A stretch of 62,695 nucleotides of DNA, counting the filler, from a bacterium (GTDB taxonomy: Bacteria; JAMORN01): the NCBI GenBank assembly GCA_027063545.1. It is 9 parts of 9 records of this genome, joined end to end, with 100 filler letters (N's around TTAATTAATTAA, not from the genome) between each part and the next. Parts side by side here need not be neighbours in the genome. Positions count along the whole stretch, not along the records: positions 49,212 to 55,911 come from JAMORN010000145.1; positions 56,012 to 62,695 come from JAMORN010000146.1; 7 more parts are not named here. The stretch is one strand, 5' to 3'. Under the pieces are notes generated by a model. The model saw only the letters and a list, made by a program, of their open reading frames with translations, did no database searches and had not been told where the DNA came from. This document shows positions 50,326-60,849 of this stretch, piece by piece; position 1 is the stretch's first letter; each line of letters starts with the position of its first letter. The position numbers were made by a program, and so were the translations under genes.

Positions 50326-50856
50326 ATGAGAATAGAGAATATAATAGAGGCTATTTTATTATATGCTTCTGAACCTATAGATGAAAAAAAGTTTATAGAG
50401 TTTTTTGGAAAGAAGTATAATTTAAAGTTAAAAACTAAGGATATTCAAACTATAATAGAAAATTTAAATCATATATATGAAATAACCTCAAGGAGCTTTA
50501 GGGTAGTAAGAAAAAAAGATGGATATTATATAAAAATAAAAGAAGATTTTGCTCAAGATCTAAAAGAATTTTATAAAAAAGTTGATAAGATAGAATTGTC
50601 TAAAGAGGCTTTGGAAACTTTATCCATTATAATTTTTGAAGGACCCATAACAAAAAGTAGAATAGACGAAATAAGGGGTGTTAATTCAGAGAGAACCCTT
50701 AGAAATTTGTTAAATTTAGGTTATATAAAGATTGTAGGAAAATCTCAGGAACTTGGTAATCCTAATTTATATTATGTATCTGATAAATTATTAGATATAC
50801 TAGGTTATAACTCAGTTGATGAGATAAAAGATTTATTATCTTCTGGAGATTTATAA
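50326..50856 (+). CDS. scpB: Segregation and condensation protein B
   Basis: IEAILL...EP, LSKEALETLSII, PITKS.I.EIRGVNS, G.P.LY. Confidence 0.92.
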   Translation: MRIENIIEAILLYASEPIDEKKFIEFFGKKYNLKLKTKDIQTIIENLNHIYEITSRSFRVVRKKDGYYIKIKEDFAQDLKEFYKKVDKIELSKEALETLSIIIFEGPITKSRIDEIRGVNSERTLRNLLNLGYIKIVGKSQELGNPNLYYVSDKLLDILGYNSVDEIKDLLSSGDL

Positions 50857-52248
50857 TGCATGATTCTTTAAATCAATTTTTATATGTTTAATTCCTTTTT
50901 CAATCCCATGATTTAGCCATAGTGCTGTGTTATGTATCTCTTTATATATATTTTCATCAAAACTTTTGTCAATAAATCTTTTAGGAAATATAGAATTATT
51001 ATGATATAATGGTTCTTTTAAAACCCATTCAGGAAAAACTTTAGCCATTTTTGTTTTAGGTACAATAGCAAAATCGCTAAGATATATTTTTACTCCAAGG
51101 TCAAATAGAAATTTCATTCCTTCATATATGTCTTTTATATTTTCTCCAGGGACTCCATACATTAAATAAACTTCTATATTTCTTTTATCAATCCCTGATT
51201 CTTCCATATTTCTTATAGCATCTATAATATGCTGTTTTGTTACTTTTTTGTCCATTATTTCATAAAATTCATTGGAAATAGATTCTAAAGAAATACGTAT
51301 AGTTTTGAAATTTAATTCTTTAAAAATTTGAGCAATCTTTCTATCAATATATCTTGCATGAGCACTATTTGGCAAATGAAATCTTATATTTCTTTCTTTT
51401 ATTTTGTCTTTTATCGTTTCCATAATAGGAATAAAATGTTCATTTTTTCTGTATAATAAAGAGTCATCATAAAAGGCAATATCTTTTACTTTTTTTCTAA
51501 AAAGGGTTTGGAAATCTTTGTAAATTGTATCTTTTTCTATTAGTTTAAATTTTGAAAGAATTTTTGAAGCACAGAAATCACAATTAAATGGACATCCTGT
51601 AATAGTTTGGATTACGCCATATTTCATTATATTGTAATCTTCATAATATATAGGAGGGGTATTTTTTATTTCTACATATTTATTGTAGTTTAAAAACTTT
51701 TTTAATATATAATTTAAAGAAGAGTTGGAATTTATTGAAGATGATGGGATTACTTCGACATTATATTTTTTAAAATATTTAATTGCATGTTCATAACATA
51801 AAGAAGCATATATACCAATGAGTATAATAGGAGTATCAGGATATATACTTTTTATAATTTTTATTGTGTATTCAACCCCTAAATACCAGTATGTCATTAT
51901 AGAATTTAGAATAAATAAATCTGGCTTGGAAATATTTTTTAATTTTTTTATAAATAGTTTTTCAGGAAATCCATAAAGAAAATAATCTCTTTCTATGCCT
52001 ATTTTCTTGTAGGTTTCTGGAATACTAATCTTTTTTTTAGGATATTTAGAGGTATGATATTTCTCTATTTTTATTTTAGTATATTTGGATAGTTCTATAT
52101 CAAAAACATCTAAAACATCAATAACTTTAACATTAAAGCCTAATTCTTTAAATAAAGAGGCACTTCTTAATAGACCAATAGGTTTAGCCCATAGATTATA
52201 AGCTGCAAAATCACTAATATAAGGATTTATAAAAACAATATTTTTCAT
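50851..52248 (-). CDS. B12-binding-domain radical SAM protein
   Basis: NPYISDFAAYNLW.KP.GLL, MTYWY.G, GIYASL, GCPFNCDFCAS (CxxxCxxC), FYDD. Confidence 0.85.
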   Translation of the reverse strand: MKNIVFINPYISDFAAYNLWAKPIGLLRSASLFKELGFNVKVIDVLDVFDIELSKYTKIKIEKYHTSKYPKKKISIPETYKKIGIERDYFLYGFPEKLFIKKLKNISKPDLFILNSIMTYWYLGVEYTIKIIKSIYPDTPIILIGIYASLCYEHAIKYFKKYNVEVIPSSSINSNSSLNYILKKFLNYNKYVEIKNTPPIYYEDYNIMKYGVIQTITGCPFNCDFCASKILSKFKLIEKDTIYKDFQTLFRKKVKDIAFYDDSLLYRKNEHFIPIMETIKDKIKERNIRFHLPNSAHARYIDRKIAQIFKELNFKTIRISLESISNEFYEIMDKKVTKQHIIDAIRNMEESGIDKRNIEVYLMYGVPGENIKDIYEGMKFLFDLGVKIYLSDFAIVPKTKMAKVFPEWVLKEPLYHNNSIFPKRFIDKSFDENIYKEIHNTALWLNHGIEKGIKHIKIDLKNHAL

Positions 52249-52261
52249 ATTAATAAATTAT

Positions 52262-52302
52262 AAAAAAAAGCCCGAAGAAAAGTTTGCTATCTTCGTGCTT
52301 TT
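52262..52302 (-). terminator. Intrinsic terminator after the PPIase gene
   Basis: Minus strand AAAAGCACGAAGA...TCTTCGGGC followed by T8. Confidence 0.7.
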
Positions 52303-52335
52303 ATATTTAAAATTATTTTAATATTATTAGATTAA

Positions 52336-54774
52336 TTATTTCCCAGATTTAAGAAGAATTTTAGCATCATCAGCTAAATCACTTTTAGGATAGTCTTTTA
52401 CTACTTTTTCAAAGTATGGTTTAGCTAAATCTGGTCTTTTTAGTTTCTCTTGAAACATAAATCCTAAAAGGAAATATACTTTATATAAATCTTTATTACC
52501 TTTAAACTCCTTTAAGAGTTCATTATACAATTGATATGCTTTTCCATATTTTTTATTTTCGTCATAAAGTCTTGCAAGATTTAATTTTGCCTTAAATAAT
52601 ACTTCTCCTTTTGCAGATGGTGATTCAATAATCTGTTTATATATATTCATAGCAGTTAATGTTCTATTTTTAGTTAGCATAGAATCCGCAGTAGCTAAAA
52701 GAGAATCTAATTGTTTAATTGTATATACCTTACCTCTTTTTTTAGATAATAATACGTCTGGAATATACAAGGAGTCATAAAATACTACTTCATATTTTTT
52801 GAATAGTTGTTTGTATACTTCTATTTTATGTTTATATAAATAATAAACAGAAGCAAATTCTTTGACTCTATCCTTTACTGTTTCAAATTTTGCTAATTTA
52901 CCATAGATTCTATAATGTTCGAGGTTCATATAATAATATTCTTTAAGCATTTGTGGGGTGATATACATATCAGCGCATATTTGAGCTATTTGATCATTAT
53001 TTAAATCTTCAAATTTATTAATTAGTTGACCATTTTCATTTTTAAAATGGTATCTACTTTTATATTTTTCATAGAAAGTTTTGATTTCTTTAGGATCAAA
53101 ACCATAGTATTTACTTATATAATTTTTATCATATATGTATGCCCAATATGATATAGGAGAATATTTTAATACAACTTTAAAAAATCCATCATTAAAATAT
53201 CCTCTTTTTTGAGCATCATAATAATAAAGCATCTGATCTAAAAGGGAGTTGAAAAATGATGTGATATTATTTTTGTCAAAATAATAGTCTCTTAATTCTT
53301 TAGGTTTTGATTTTATATAATTTATATAATCTCCTCGTGTTATTATTAATGAATTTTCTACATTAATTATAGGCTTATTAAGACTATCATAAAATTCTTT
53401 AATTATAAGTCTTTTTACAATAGAATCTTTAGCTACATCAAATGGTTTTTGTACATTTTTTACAATGCTATCTAATCTTATAATATAAAACCCCGAATCT
53501 GTTTTAAATTCTTTAGATATTTGACCTATTTTATTTAATTTCCATAATTCTCTTCCAATTTCAGGGAAAGGAGTTGTTTCTTTAAATACAAATCCATAAT
53601 CTTTTTTATCTTCACTATATACATTTCTTATAGAATCAAATTTTGTTGAGTTTTGTCCTATTATTTTTACAAGTTCTTTTGCTTTTTTCCAGGATTTTAC
53701 TCTAATTGCTGAAAATTTTCTCATATCAGATATAAAATCTTTTTTATGTACTTTATAATAATTTTTTAATATTGAATCTTTAAATTCTAACTGAGGAAGA
53801 TCGATAGTATAATTATACCATTTTCTCAAACTATCGATATAAAATTTAAATAAACTATCCCTTATGTTGTTAATATATTTTACAACAATTCTATTTTTTA
53901 CTTTTTCATATGGTATATACTTTTCAGGATTTTTCTTTATTAAGTAAAATATATGATATCCCTGTGAAGTTTTTATTACAGAAGTATATGTAGAATCTTT
54001 CATTTTAGATAATTTATCAAAGATTTCATTACTTTCTTTTATATTTAATTTCCATATAAGTCTATTATATTTATATGTTCCCAATATACCACCTAACTTA
54101 CCTGTAATAGTATCATCAGACATTTTTCTAGCTAGTTCAAAAAAGTTTTCATTTTTCTTTTTCAATAAATAATATGCCTTTTCTATTTTAGATCTATTTT
54201 TTGAAAATATATGAGCTATTTTTATTGATGTAGGCAACTTAAATTGATCTTTATGAGTATTGTAGTAATTTTTTAAATCTATTTTTTTAGCTACATAATC
54301 ATTAAGTATTTTTTCTTTTGCATCAATGAAATTCCATTTTTTATATAGACTATCTTTATTGTTTCTATAGAAATTAAGAAGAGTATCCATAGGTATTGTT
54401 ATATTTTCAATTAAATATATATTCCTATATAAACCAGCTATTTTATAGTAATTTCCAAATTTAAATGATATCTTTAGGGGGATTGAATCTGTAAACCCAA
54501 GTTTTTGAGCTTCGTGATAAAACATATAATATCTTATATAGTCATGAACTAATTTTCTCCTTCCTTCTATACCATTATATAAATATCTTCTTCTTTTTTC
54601 TATAGATAAAATAGTATAATTTAAATCATCATATGTATATTTATCGCCTGTCTTTTTTAATTCTGCTATAACATTTTTAGGCTTTTGTGTATTTTTAGAG
54701 CAAGAAAATAAGCTAGTAATTAATATAATAGCAAATACAACAACTAAGTAATTTATTCTACAAATTTTTCTCAT
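52336..54774 (-). CDS. Large parvulin-type PPIase lipoprotein with C-terminal TPRs (SurA/PrsA-like)
   Basis: Lipobox LFSC; AHI, F.ELARKMSDD...GG.LG, KTSQGYHI; second parvulin-like unit (YSED, KTDSGFYIIR); TPR tail VVKDYPKSDLADDA. Confidence 0.8.
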   Translation of the reverse strand: MRKICRINYLVVVFAIILITSLFSCSKNTQKPKNVIAELKKTGDKYTYDDLNYTILSIEKRRRYLYNGIEGRRKLVHDYIRYYMFYHEAQKLGFTDSIPLKISFKFGNYYKIAGLYRNIYLIENITIPMDTLLNFYRNNKDSLYKKWNFIDAKEKILNDYVAKKIDLKNYYNTHKDQFKLPTSIKIAHIFSKNRSKIEKAYYLLKKKNENFFELARKMSDDTITGKLGGILGTYKYNRLIWKLNIKESNEIFDKLSKMKDSTYTSVIKTSQGYHIFYLIKKNPEKYIPYEKVKNRIVVKYINNIRDSLFKFYIDSLRKWYNYTIDLPQLEFKDSILKNYYKVHKKDFISDMRKFSAIRVKSWKKAKELVKIIGQNSTKFDSIRNVYSEDKKDYGFVFKETTPFPEIGRELWKLNKIGQISKEFKTDSGFYIIRLDSIVKNVQKPFDVAKDSIVKRLIIKEFYDSLNKPIINVENSLIITRGDYINYIKSKPKELRDYYFDKNNITSFFNSLLDQMLYYYDAQKRGYFNDGFFKVVLKYSPISYWAYIYDKNYISKYYGFDPKEIKTFYEKYKSRYHFKNENGQLINKFEDLNNDQIAQICADMYITPQMLKEYYYMNLEHYRIYGKLAKFETVKDRVKEFASVYYLYKHKIEVYKQLFKKYEVVFYDSLYIPDVLLSKKRGKVYTIKQLDSLLATADSMLTKNRTLTAMNIYKQIIESPSAKGEVLFKAKLNLARLYDENKKYGKAYQLYNELLKEFKGNKDLYKVYFLLGFMFQEKLKRPDLAKPYFEKVVKDYPKSDLADDAKILLKSGK

Positions 54775-54799
54775 ATGTTCCTCCTTATATTCTTATTAT

Positions 54800-55351
54800 T
54801 TATTTAGTAATTTCATTTATTATTTTTTCTAGTGTTTTTTTGTATATTTCAAAATCCTTTTTTGAATATAATACCATATAAATTTTATCAAATTTATCTA
54901 AATATTTTATTAAAGTTTTTAAAGCAATATAAGAGGCTTCTTCAATAGGGTATCCATATATTCCTGTAGATATAGAAGGAAAAGCAATTGTTTTTATATT
55001 ATTTTTTAACGCAAGTTCAAGAGAACTTTTATATGTACTTTCTAGTAATTTAGCAGCTTTTTCTGAAGAGTATCTTGAGTATATAGGTCCTACAGCATGT
55101 ATAACGTATTTTGCCTTTAGTTTGCCTCCGGATGTAATAGTTGCACTTCCTGTAGGAATAGGTCCATTTTCAGCTATTATTTTATTAGATTCTTCCTGTA
55201 AGGAGGGTCCTGCAGCTTTAGAAATTGCAAGAGCGACACCACCGCCATGAGCAAGATGAGAATTAGCTGCATTTACAATAGCCTCTGTTTCACACTTTGT
55301 AATATCCCCTTGTATCAAAATTAGATTTTTATATTTAAATTCATTTTTCAT
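54800..55351 (-). CDS. Macro domain protein (YmdB/MacroD-like ADP-ribose hydrolase)
   Basis: Likely start ATG 55351 (AGGAGG RBS); GDIT, IVNAAN..L.HGGGV, HAVGP, FPSISTGIYGYP. Confidence 0.93.
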   Translation of the reverse strand: MKNEFKYKNLILIQGDITKCETEAIVNAANSHLAHGGGVALAISKAAGPSLQEESNKIIAENGPIPTGSATITSGGKLKAKYVIHAVGPIYSRYSSEKAAKLLESTYKSSLELALKNNIKTIAFPSISTGIYGYPIEEASYIALKTLIKYLDKFDKIYMVLYSKKDFEIYKKTLEKIINEITK

Positions 55352-55388
55352 ATAAAATCCTCCTTTTATCAATCATAGAAATTATACT

Positions 55389-55911
55389 TTAAAAAATAGG
55401 CCTAATATCCCTTAAAAAAGGTAGATTTTTATCTTTGTTAGATATAATAAGTTTATTTTTATCAATAAATTTTTCTATAGGGAAATTTATATCTGGGTCA
55501 AAAATATTTATTCCTCCATTATGTTCTGGTGAGTAGAAATTATCAACTTTATATTGAAAAATAGCATACTCACTTAAAACTAAGAATCCATGAGCAAAAC
55601 CTCTAGGAATTAAGAATTGAAGTTTATTTTCTTCAGATAATTCAATCCAATAAAATTTTTTATATGTGGGAGAGTTATATCTTAAATCAATAGCAATATC
55701 GATTACTTTACCTTTTACAACCCTTACTAATTTTGATTGTGCCATTGGAGGCTTTTGAAAATGAAACCCTCTAAAGACACCAAATTTAGAATATGATTCA
55801 TTATCTTGAACAAAATTATATTTAAGCCCTAATTTTTCAAAAGAGCTTTTATTATAACTTTCAAAAAAATATCCTCTTTCATCTTCAAATACCTTAGGTT
55901 CTATAATTAAT
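55389..55911 (-). CDS. rfbC: dTDP-4-dehydrorhamnose 3,5-epimerase (5'-truncated)
   Basis: Frame is open to the contig edge: IEPKVFEDERGYFFESYN, FVQDNES, RGFHFQ, Q.KLVRV, GFAHGF, YKVD. Confidence 0.93.
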
Positions 55912-56011
55912 NNNNNNNNNNNNNNNNNNNNNNNNNNNNNNNNNNNNNNNNNNNNTTAATTAATTAANNNNNNNNNNNNNNNNNNNNNNNNNNNNNNNNN
56001 NNNNNNNNNNN
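55912..56011. other. Artificial contig linker
   Basis: N44-TTAATTAATTAA-N44. Confidence 0.98.
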
Positions 56012-57195
56012 ACTATTTTCCCAGCACAATAAAGGATAGAATATTAATATATAAATTAAAGTTAAAGAAAATAAATTTATTAGATACTTTATTATATGAA
56101 AAAGATACGTTGTATTTATATAGTAAAATATCTAATTTGAAGTTGTATAATATAAATAATACATTAATTTCTATAAAAAAACATAAAAAAGACTCTATTT
56201 ATTCATACTATACAACTAAGTTATTTGAAGGTAGATATGTTATAGAGGATAGTGTTAATAATAGATTTATATTTGATATAATTAAAAAAAAGAGAGATTC
56301 TTCTTTAGTAACTATTGTATATGATGATATTGAAAAAGCTAAAATATTGCAGAAGTATATAAAAAATTTAGGATTTTCTACAGAATTTTTATTTGATTAT
56401 GAAATAAGTTATACAAGAGGAGATATAATTATATATTTGAGTAAAAATTGGGATTATATAAAAAACTTTAGCAGCTCTAAACCTATTATTTTGTTGAATA
56501 CATTTACAGATAGCTTAGAATTTATATATAATTTAAAAAAATTATTTGAAACTAAAATTTTGAATAATCATGATAGTGTAAGGATAAAAAATTTTAATGT
56601 GTTTAATTTAAAATATCCTCTTTATATAAATCATTTTTTTAATATAAAACCAACCAAGAAATTAACACCTTTTATTTATAGTAAAACAACTTCTAAATTA
56701 TACATTGTATTAAAAAGCGATAACATTATTTTTATACCATTTTACTTATTTAACAATAATAGTAATTTTTTTTATACACCAATTTTTGTTTATGTTTTTG
56801 ATAAATTATTAGAGGAAACAAATAAAATTTATTATATAATCTCATCAGATTCAATCTATTTACCTAAAAAATTTAGAAGTTGTTTGTTATTGGATGGGGA
56901 AGATACGATAAAACTTATATCTACTCTTAATGGGGTATATATAAAAAATTTTTTGAAGATAGGAAGATTTAAATTATTGGATAAAGATAGAAATATCTCA
57001 GAGGAGATTTATATTAATTTTTATCCATTTAAAGATAATTTACCAAAGAATAATAAGTTATTAACAATAACATCAATTAGTGATTTTAATAATATTTTTA
57101 GTATAAAAAATTATAGAAAGTTATTCTTTATATTATCATTTTTGTTTTTTATTTTAGATACAATTATAAGTTTAAGAATAAAAAGTCCAATCTGA
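56012..57195 (+). CDS. Hypothetical protein with C-terminal membrane anchor (5'-truncated)
   Basis: Frame is open from the contig edge; C-terminal TM YRKLFFILSFLFFILD. Confidence 0.55.
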
Positions 57196-57206
57196 GAAAA
57201 GGATAT

Positions 57207-58004
57207 ATGAATATGGATAAAATACGTATTTTATCATTACTAAATAAACTTAATCATCTACACAATAGAAAAAAAACAAATACCACAATAGCAGATGGAA
57301 AAAGGGTAATAGAAACAATACTAGAGTCTTCACCAGAGAGCGTAGAGTATTTATTGGTAAGAGAAGATAAAGATTTTAGTGAGGTAATAGAAAAATTTGG
57401 GAAAGAGGATAGAATTATCTATATAAATTCAAGAGATGAAAAAGAGATAAAAATAACTCAAAATCCTCAGGGAATATATGCCATTATAAAACCTCCAGAG
57501 ATAAAAAAGATAAAAGAGTTAAATAGTTTTGATAGAATAATATTTTTATATAAACTTCAAGACCCCATAAATGTAGGAATAATTTTAAGAACTGCTTTAG
57601 GTTTTGGCTGGAATGCTGTTTGTTTTATAAAATCATCTGTTAGAATGGATAATCCTAAATTGATAAGAACTTCATCTGGGTATATTTATAAACAAAACAT
57701 ATTTTTTGTAGATGATTTAAATCAGTTATTTTCAATTACTGATCATACAATAATTATTGCTAACCAAAACTCTTCATTTCCTTTATCAAGATTAAAAGAT
57801 AATATTAGTGGAGAAGAAAAACTAATGCTGGTATTGGGAAATGAGGGAAGAGGTATTGATGAAGAGTTTATAAAGTCTTTAAATGAAACAGAAGCCCCAT
57901 TTTTTTCAGTGAGAATAGAGACAGAGGATATAGAATCATTAAATGTTTCTACAGCAGGTGCTATAATGATGTATGAATTAAGAAAGGTTGAAGAACAATC
58001 TTAA
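57207..58004 (+). CDS. TrmH/SpoU family RNA methyltransferase
   Basis: PQGI.A, QDP.NVG.I.RTA, LGNEG.G, ESLNVS.AG.I.MYE. Confidence 0.92.
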   Translation: MNMDKIRILSLLNKLNHLHNRKKTNTTIADGKRVIETILESSPESVEYLLVREDKDFSEVIEKFGKEDRIIYINSRDEKEIKITQNPQGIYAIIKPPEIKKIKELNSFDRIIFLYKLQDPINVGIILRTALGFGWNAVCFIKSSVRMDNPKLIRTSSGYIYKQNIFFVDDLNQLFSITDHTIIIANQNSSFPLSRLKDNISGEEKLMLVLGNEGRGIDEEFIKSLNETEAPFFSVRIETEDIESLNVSTAGAIMMYELRKVEEQS

Positions 58005-58065
58005 TATAATTATTTTTAATTAGTTATAAAAAAAACTAAAAAATTTAAATAAAAGGAGAGGTGAT

Positions 58066-60720
58066 ATGTTTGAATTTAATATGGACAAAAAATTTAATCC
58101 TTCTAAAATAGAAGAAAAATGGAAAAATTTATGGATAGAAAATAAGGTTTTTCATGCTGATGAAAATTCTTCAAAGCCAAAATTTTCTATGGTAATTCCT
58201 CCACCTAATGTTACAGGAATTCTTCATATGGGACATGCTTTAAATAATACTATTCAGGATATAATAGCAAGGTATAAAAGAATGAATGGGTATGAGGTTT
58301 TATGGATGCCAGGAACTGACCATGCTGGTATTGCTACACAAAATGTAGTTGAAAAGAAACTTGCAAAAGAGGGTAAGACTCGTCAAGATTTAGGAAGGGA
58401 GAAGTTTATTGAAGAGGTATGGAAGTGGAAGGAAAAGCATGGTAGTTATATTATAGAGCAGTTAAAGACATTAGGTGCTTCTTGTGATTGGGATAGGGAA
58501 AGATTTACAATGGATGAAGGGCTTTCCAATGCAGTAAAAGAGGTTTTTGTGAGATTATATGAAAAAGGTTTAATATATAGAGGAAAATATATAATAAACT
58601 GGTGTCCAAGGTGTGGAACAGCACTTGCTGATGAAGAGGTTGAATATGAAGAGGAAAAGGGGCATCTTTGGTATATTAAATATCCATTAAAAGAGGATTC
58701 TTCTAAATATATAGTAGTTGCAACAACAAGACCAGAAACTATGCTTGGAGATGTGGCTGTTGCTGTTAATCCAAAAGATGAAAGGTATAAAGATTTTATT
58801 GGAAAAACATTAATTCTTCCTCTTGTTGGAAGGGAGATTCCTGTTATTGCAGATGAGATGGTTGATATGGAGTTTGGTACAGGAGCAGTTAAAATCACAC
58901 CAGCACACGATCCAAATGACTATTGGGTAGGAGAGAGACATTCTCTTGAAAAGATAAATATATTTACTCCTGAAGCAAAAATTAATGAAAATGCTCCAGA
59001 AAAATATAGAGGTCTTGATAGATATGAGGCAAGAAAAAAAGTGATTGAGGATTTAGAAAAAGAAGGGTATTTGATAAAAGTAGAAGAACATATTCACTCA
59101 GTAGGGCATTGTTATAGATGTCATACTGTTATAGAGCCTTATTTATCGGATCAGTGGTTTGTTAAGATGAAGCCATTGGCAGAGCCTGCTATAAAAGCAG
59201 TAGAAGAAGGAGATATTAGATTTATTCCAGAGAGATGGACGAAGGTTTATTTAAATTGGATGTATAATATAAGAGATTGGTGTATCTCAAGACAGATTTG
59301 GTGGGGACATAGAATTCCTGTTTATACTTGTAAGGATTGTGGTCATCAAATGGTTTCTAAAAATAATGTTGAGGTTTGCGAAAAATGTGGTTCTAAAAAT
59401 ATAGAACAGGATCCTGATGTTTTAGATACATGGTTTTCTTCTTGGCTTTGGCCTTTTAGTACAATGGGTTGGCCTGAAAATACTCTTACATTGAGAAGAT
59501 TTTATCCAACAGATGTGCTTGTAACAGGGCAGGATATAATATTTTTCTGGGTTGCTAGAATGATAATGGCTGGTTTTGAATTTACTGGTAGGAAACCATT
59601 TACAGATATTTATATCCATGGTATAGTAAGAGATGATCAGGGAAGGAAGATGAGTAAATCCTTAGGTAATGCTATAGATCCTCTTGATATTATAAAAGAG
59701 TATGGAGCAGATGCTTTAAGATTTTCATTGATTCTTATCACAGCAACAGGTCAGGATGTTTATTTATCAAAGGAGAAATTTCAAACAGGAAGAAATTTTG
59801 CTAATAAGTTATGGAACGCAACTAGATTTGTTATGATGAAAAAAGATGATTTTAAGTATAGTGGGAAGAAGGGTGAGATTTCAAATCTTATTGATAAGGA
59901 AGCCTATTCTATTTTAAATAATGTTATTAAAAAGGTTACAGATGGGCTTGAAAATTATAGATTCAATGAGGTTGCTCAGGAACTTTATGAATATTCTTGG
60001 CATTATTTCTGTGATTGGTATTTAGAGTATAAAAAGATTGATTTAGAAGAAGCAGATGATAAAGAAAAAGAAAATATATTTAGAAACATTTTCTTTATGT
60101 TAGAGAATATTTATAAGATGCTCCATCCTTATATGCCTTTTATCACCGAGGAGTTATATGAAATAATATATGAGGGTAATAAGAAGAAGGAGTTTTTGGC
60201 AATAGAGGAGTGGCCAAAGTATGATGAAGGTTATATAAATAGTGATGTTGAATATAAAGGAATGATATTAAGAAATATTATAAGTGCTATAAGAAATTTA
60301 AGATCAGAGAATAATATAGAACAAAAGAGAAAGGTTAATGTGGTTGTTATAGCAGAAAATGATGAAATAAATAGTATGTTGATTGAAAATGTTAAATATA
60401 TTAAAAAGTTGGCGAATGTGGAAGAGATGGAGATTACTACAGAGAAAAAAGATATAAAAAATGCTGCAGTAAAGGTAGTTTATAAAAATGAGGTATTTTT
60501 ACTCCTTGAGGGTATTGTTGATATAGAAGAGGAGAAAAAAAAGTTATTAAAAGAGTTAGAAAGATATGAAAAGTTATTAAAATCATCTCAAGCAAAACTT
60601 TCAAATAAGAATTTCTTAGAGAAGGCTCCTCAAGAGGTTGTTGAGAGGGAAAAGAATAAGGTAGAAAACTTTAAAAAACAAATTGAACTAATAAAAGAAA
60701 ATTTAAATAAATTAGGATAG
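58066..60720 (+). CDS. valS: Valine--tRNA ligase
   Basis: PPPNVTG.LHMGHA, GTDHAGIATQ, DWCISRQ.WWGH, KMSKS, C-terminal coiled coil. Confidence 0.98.
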   Translation: MFEFNMDKKFNPSKIEEKWKNLWIENKVFHADENSSKPKFSMVIPPPNVTGILHMGHALNNTIQDIIARYKRMNGYEVLWMPGTDHAGIATQNVVEKKLAKEGKTRQDLGREKFIEEVWKWKEKHGSYIIEQLKTLGASCDWDRERFTMDEGLSNAVKEVFVRLYEKGLIYRGKYIINWCPRCGTALADEEVEYEEEKGHLWYIKYPLKEDSSKYIVVATTRPETMLGDVAVAVNPKDERYKDFIGKTLILPLVGREIPVIADEMVDMEFGTGAVKITPAHDPNDYWVGERHSLEKINIFTPEAKINENAPEKYRGLDRYEARKKVIEDLEKEGYLIKVEEHIHSVGHCYRCHTVIEPYLSDQWFVKMKPLAEPAIKAVEEGDIRFIPERWTKVYLNWMYNIRDWCISRQIWWGHRIPVYTCKDCGHQMVSKNNVEVCEKCGSKNIEQDPDVLDTWFSSWLWPFSTMGWPENTLTLRRFYPTDVLVTGQDIIFFWVARMIMAGFEFTGRKPFTDIYIHGIVRDDQGRKMSKSLGNAIDPLDIIKEYGADALRFSLILITATGQDVYLSKEKFQTGRNFANKLWNATRFVMMKKDDFKYSGKKGEISNLIDKEAYSILNNVIKKVTDGLENYRFNEVAQELYEYSWHYFCDWYLEYKKIDLEEADDKEKENIFRNIFFMLENIYKMLHPYMPFITEELYEIIYEGNKKKEFLAIEEWPKYDEGYINSDVEYKGMILRNIISAIRNLRSENNIEQKRKVNVVVIAENDEINSMLIENVKYIKKLANVEEMEITTEKKDIKNAAVKVVYKNEVFLLLEGIVDIEEEKKKLLKELERYEKLLKSSQAKLSNKNFLEKAPQEVVEREKNKVENFKKQIELIKENLNKLG

Positions 60721-60728
60721 AAATTCTA

Positions 60729-60814
60729 TGCCGGGAGTGGGACTTGAACCCACACGGGCTTAAAAGCCCACTGGGACCTGAACCCAGTGTGTCTACCAGT
60801 TCCACCATCCCGGC
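60729..60814 (-). tRNA. tRNA-Leu(CAG)
   Basis: Reverse complement GCCGGGATGGTGGAACTGGTAGACAC-ACTGGG-TTCAGGT-CCCAGT-GGGCTTTTAAGCCC-GTGTGGGTTCAAGTCCCACTCCCGGCA; long variable arm; CCA not encoded. Confidence 0.95.
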
Positions 60815-60849
60815 TTTTAAAATTTATATTATAGAGAAAATATAAGAAT

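Noticed and set aside
12410..55351. Nuclease, RtcB and macro-domain genes as an anti-phage system
   Set aside because: They are on separate contigs in housekeeping contexts, and each has canonical stand-alone family motifs.
7082..56011. Regularly spaced identical TTAATTAATTAA elements about every 7 kb
   Set aside because: These are N-flanked 100-nt assembly linkers with six-frame stops; the contigs are simply sorted by length. Not a repeat family or CRISPR.
58005..58065. T-box leader before valS
   Set aside because: The intergenic gap is only about 60 nt and AT-rich, with no T-box sequence.
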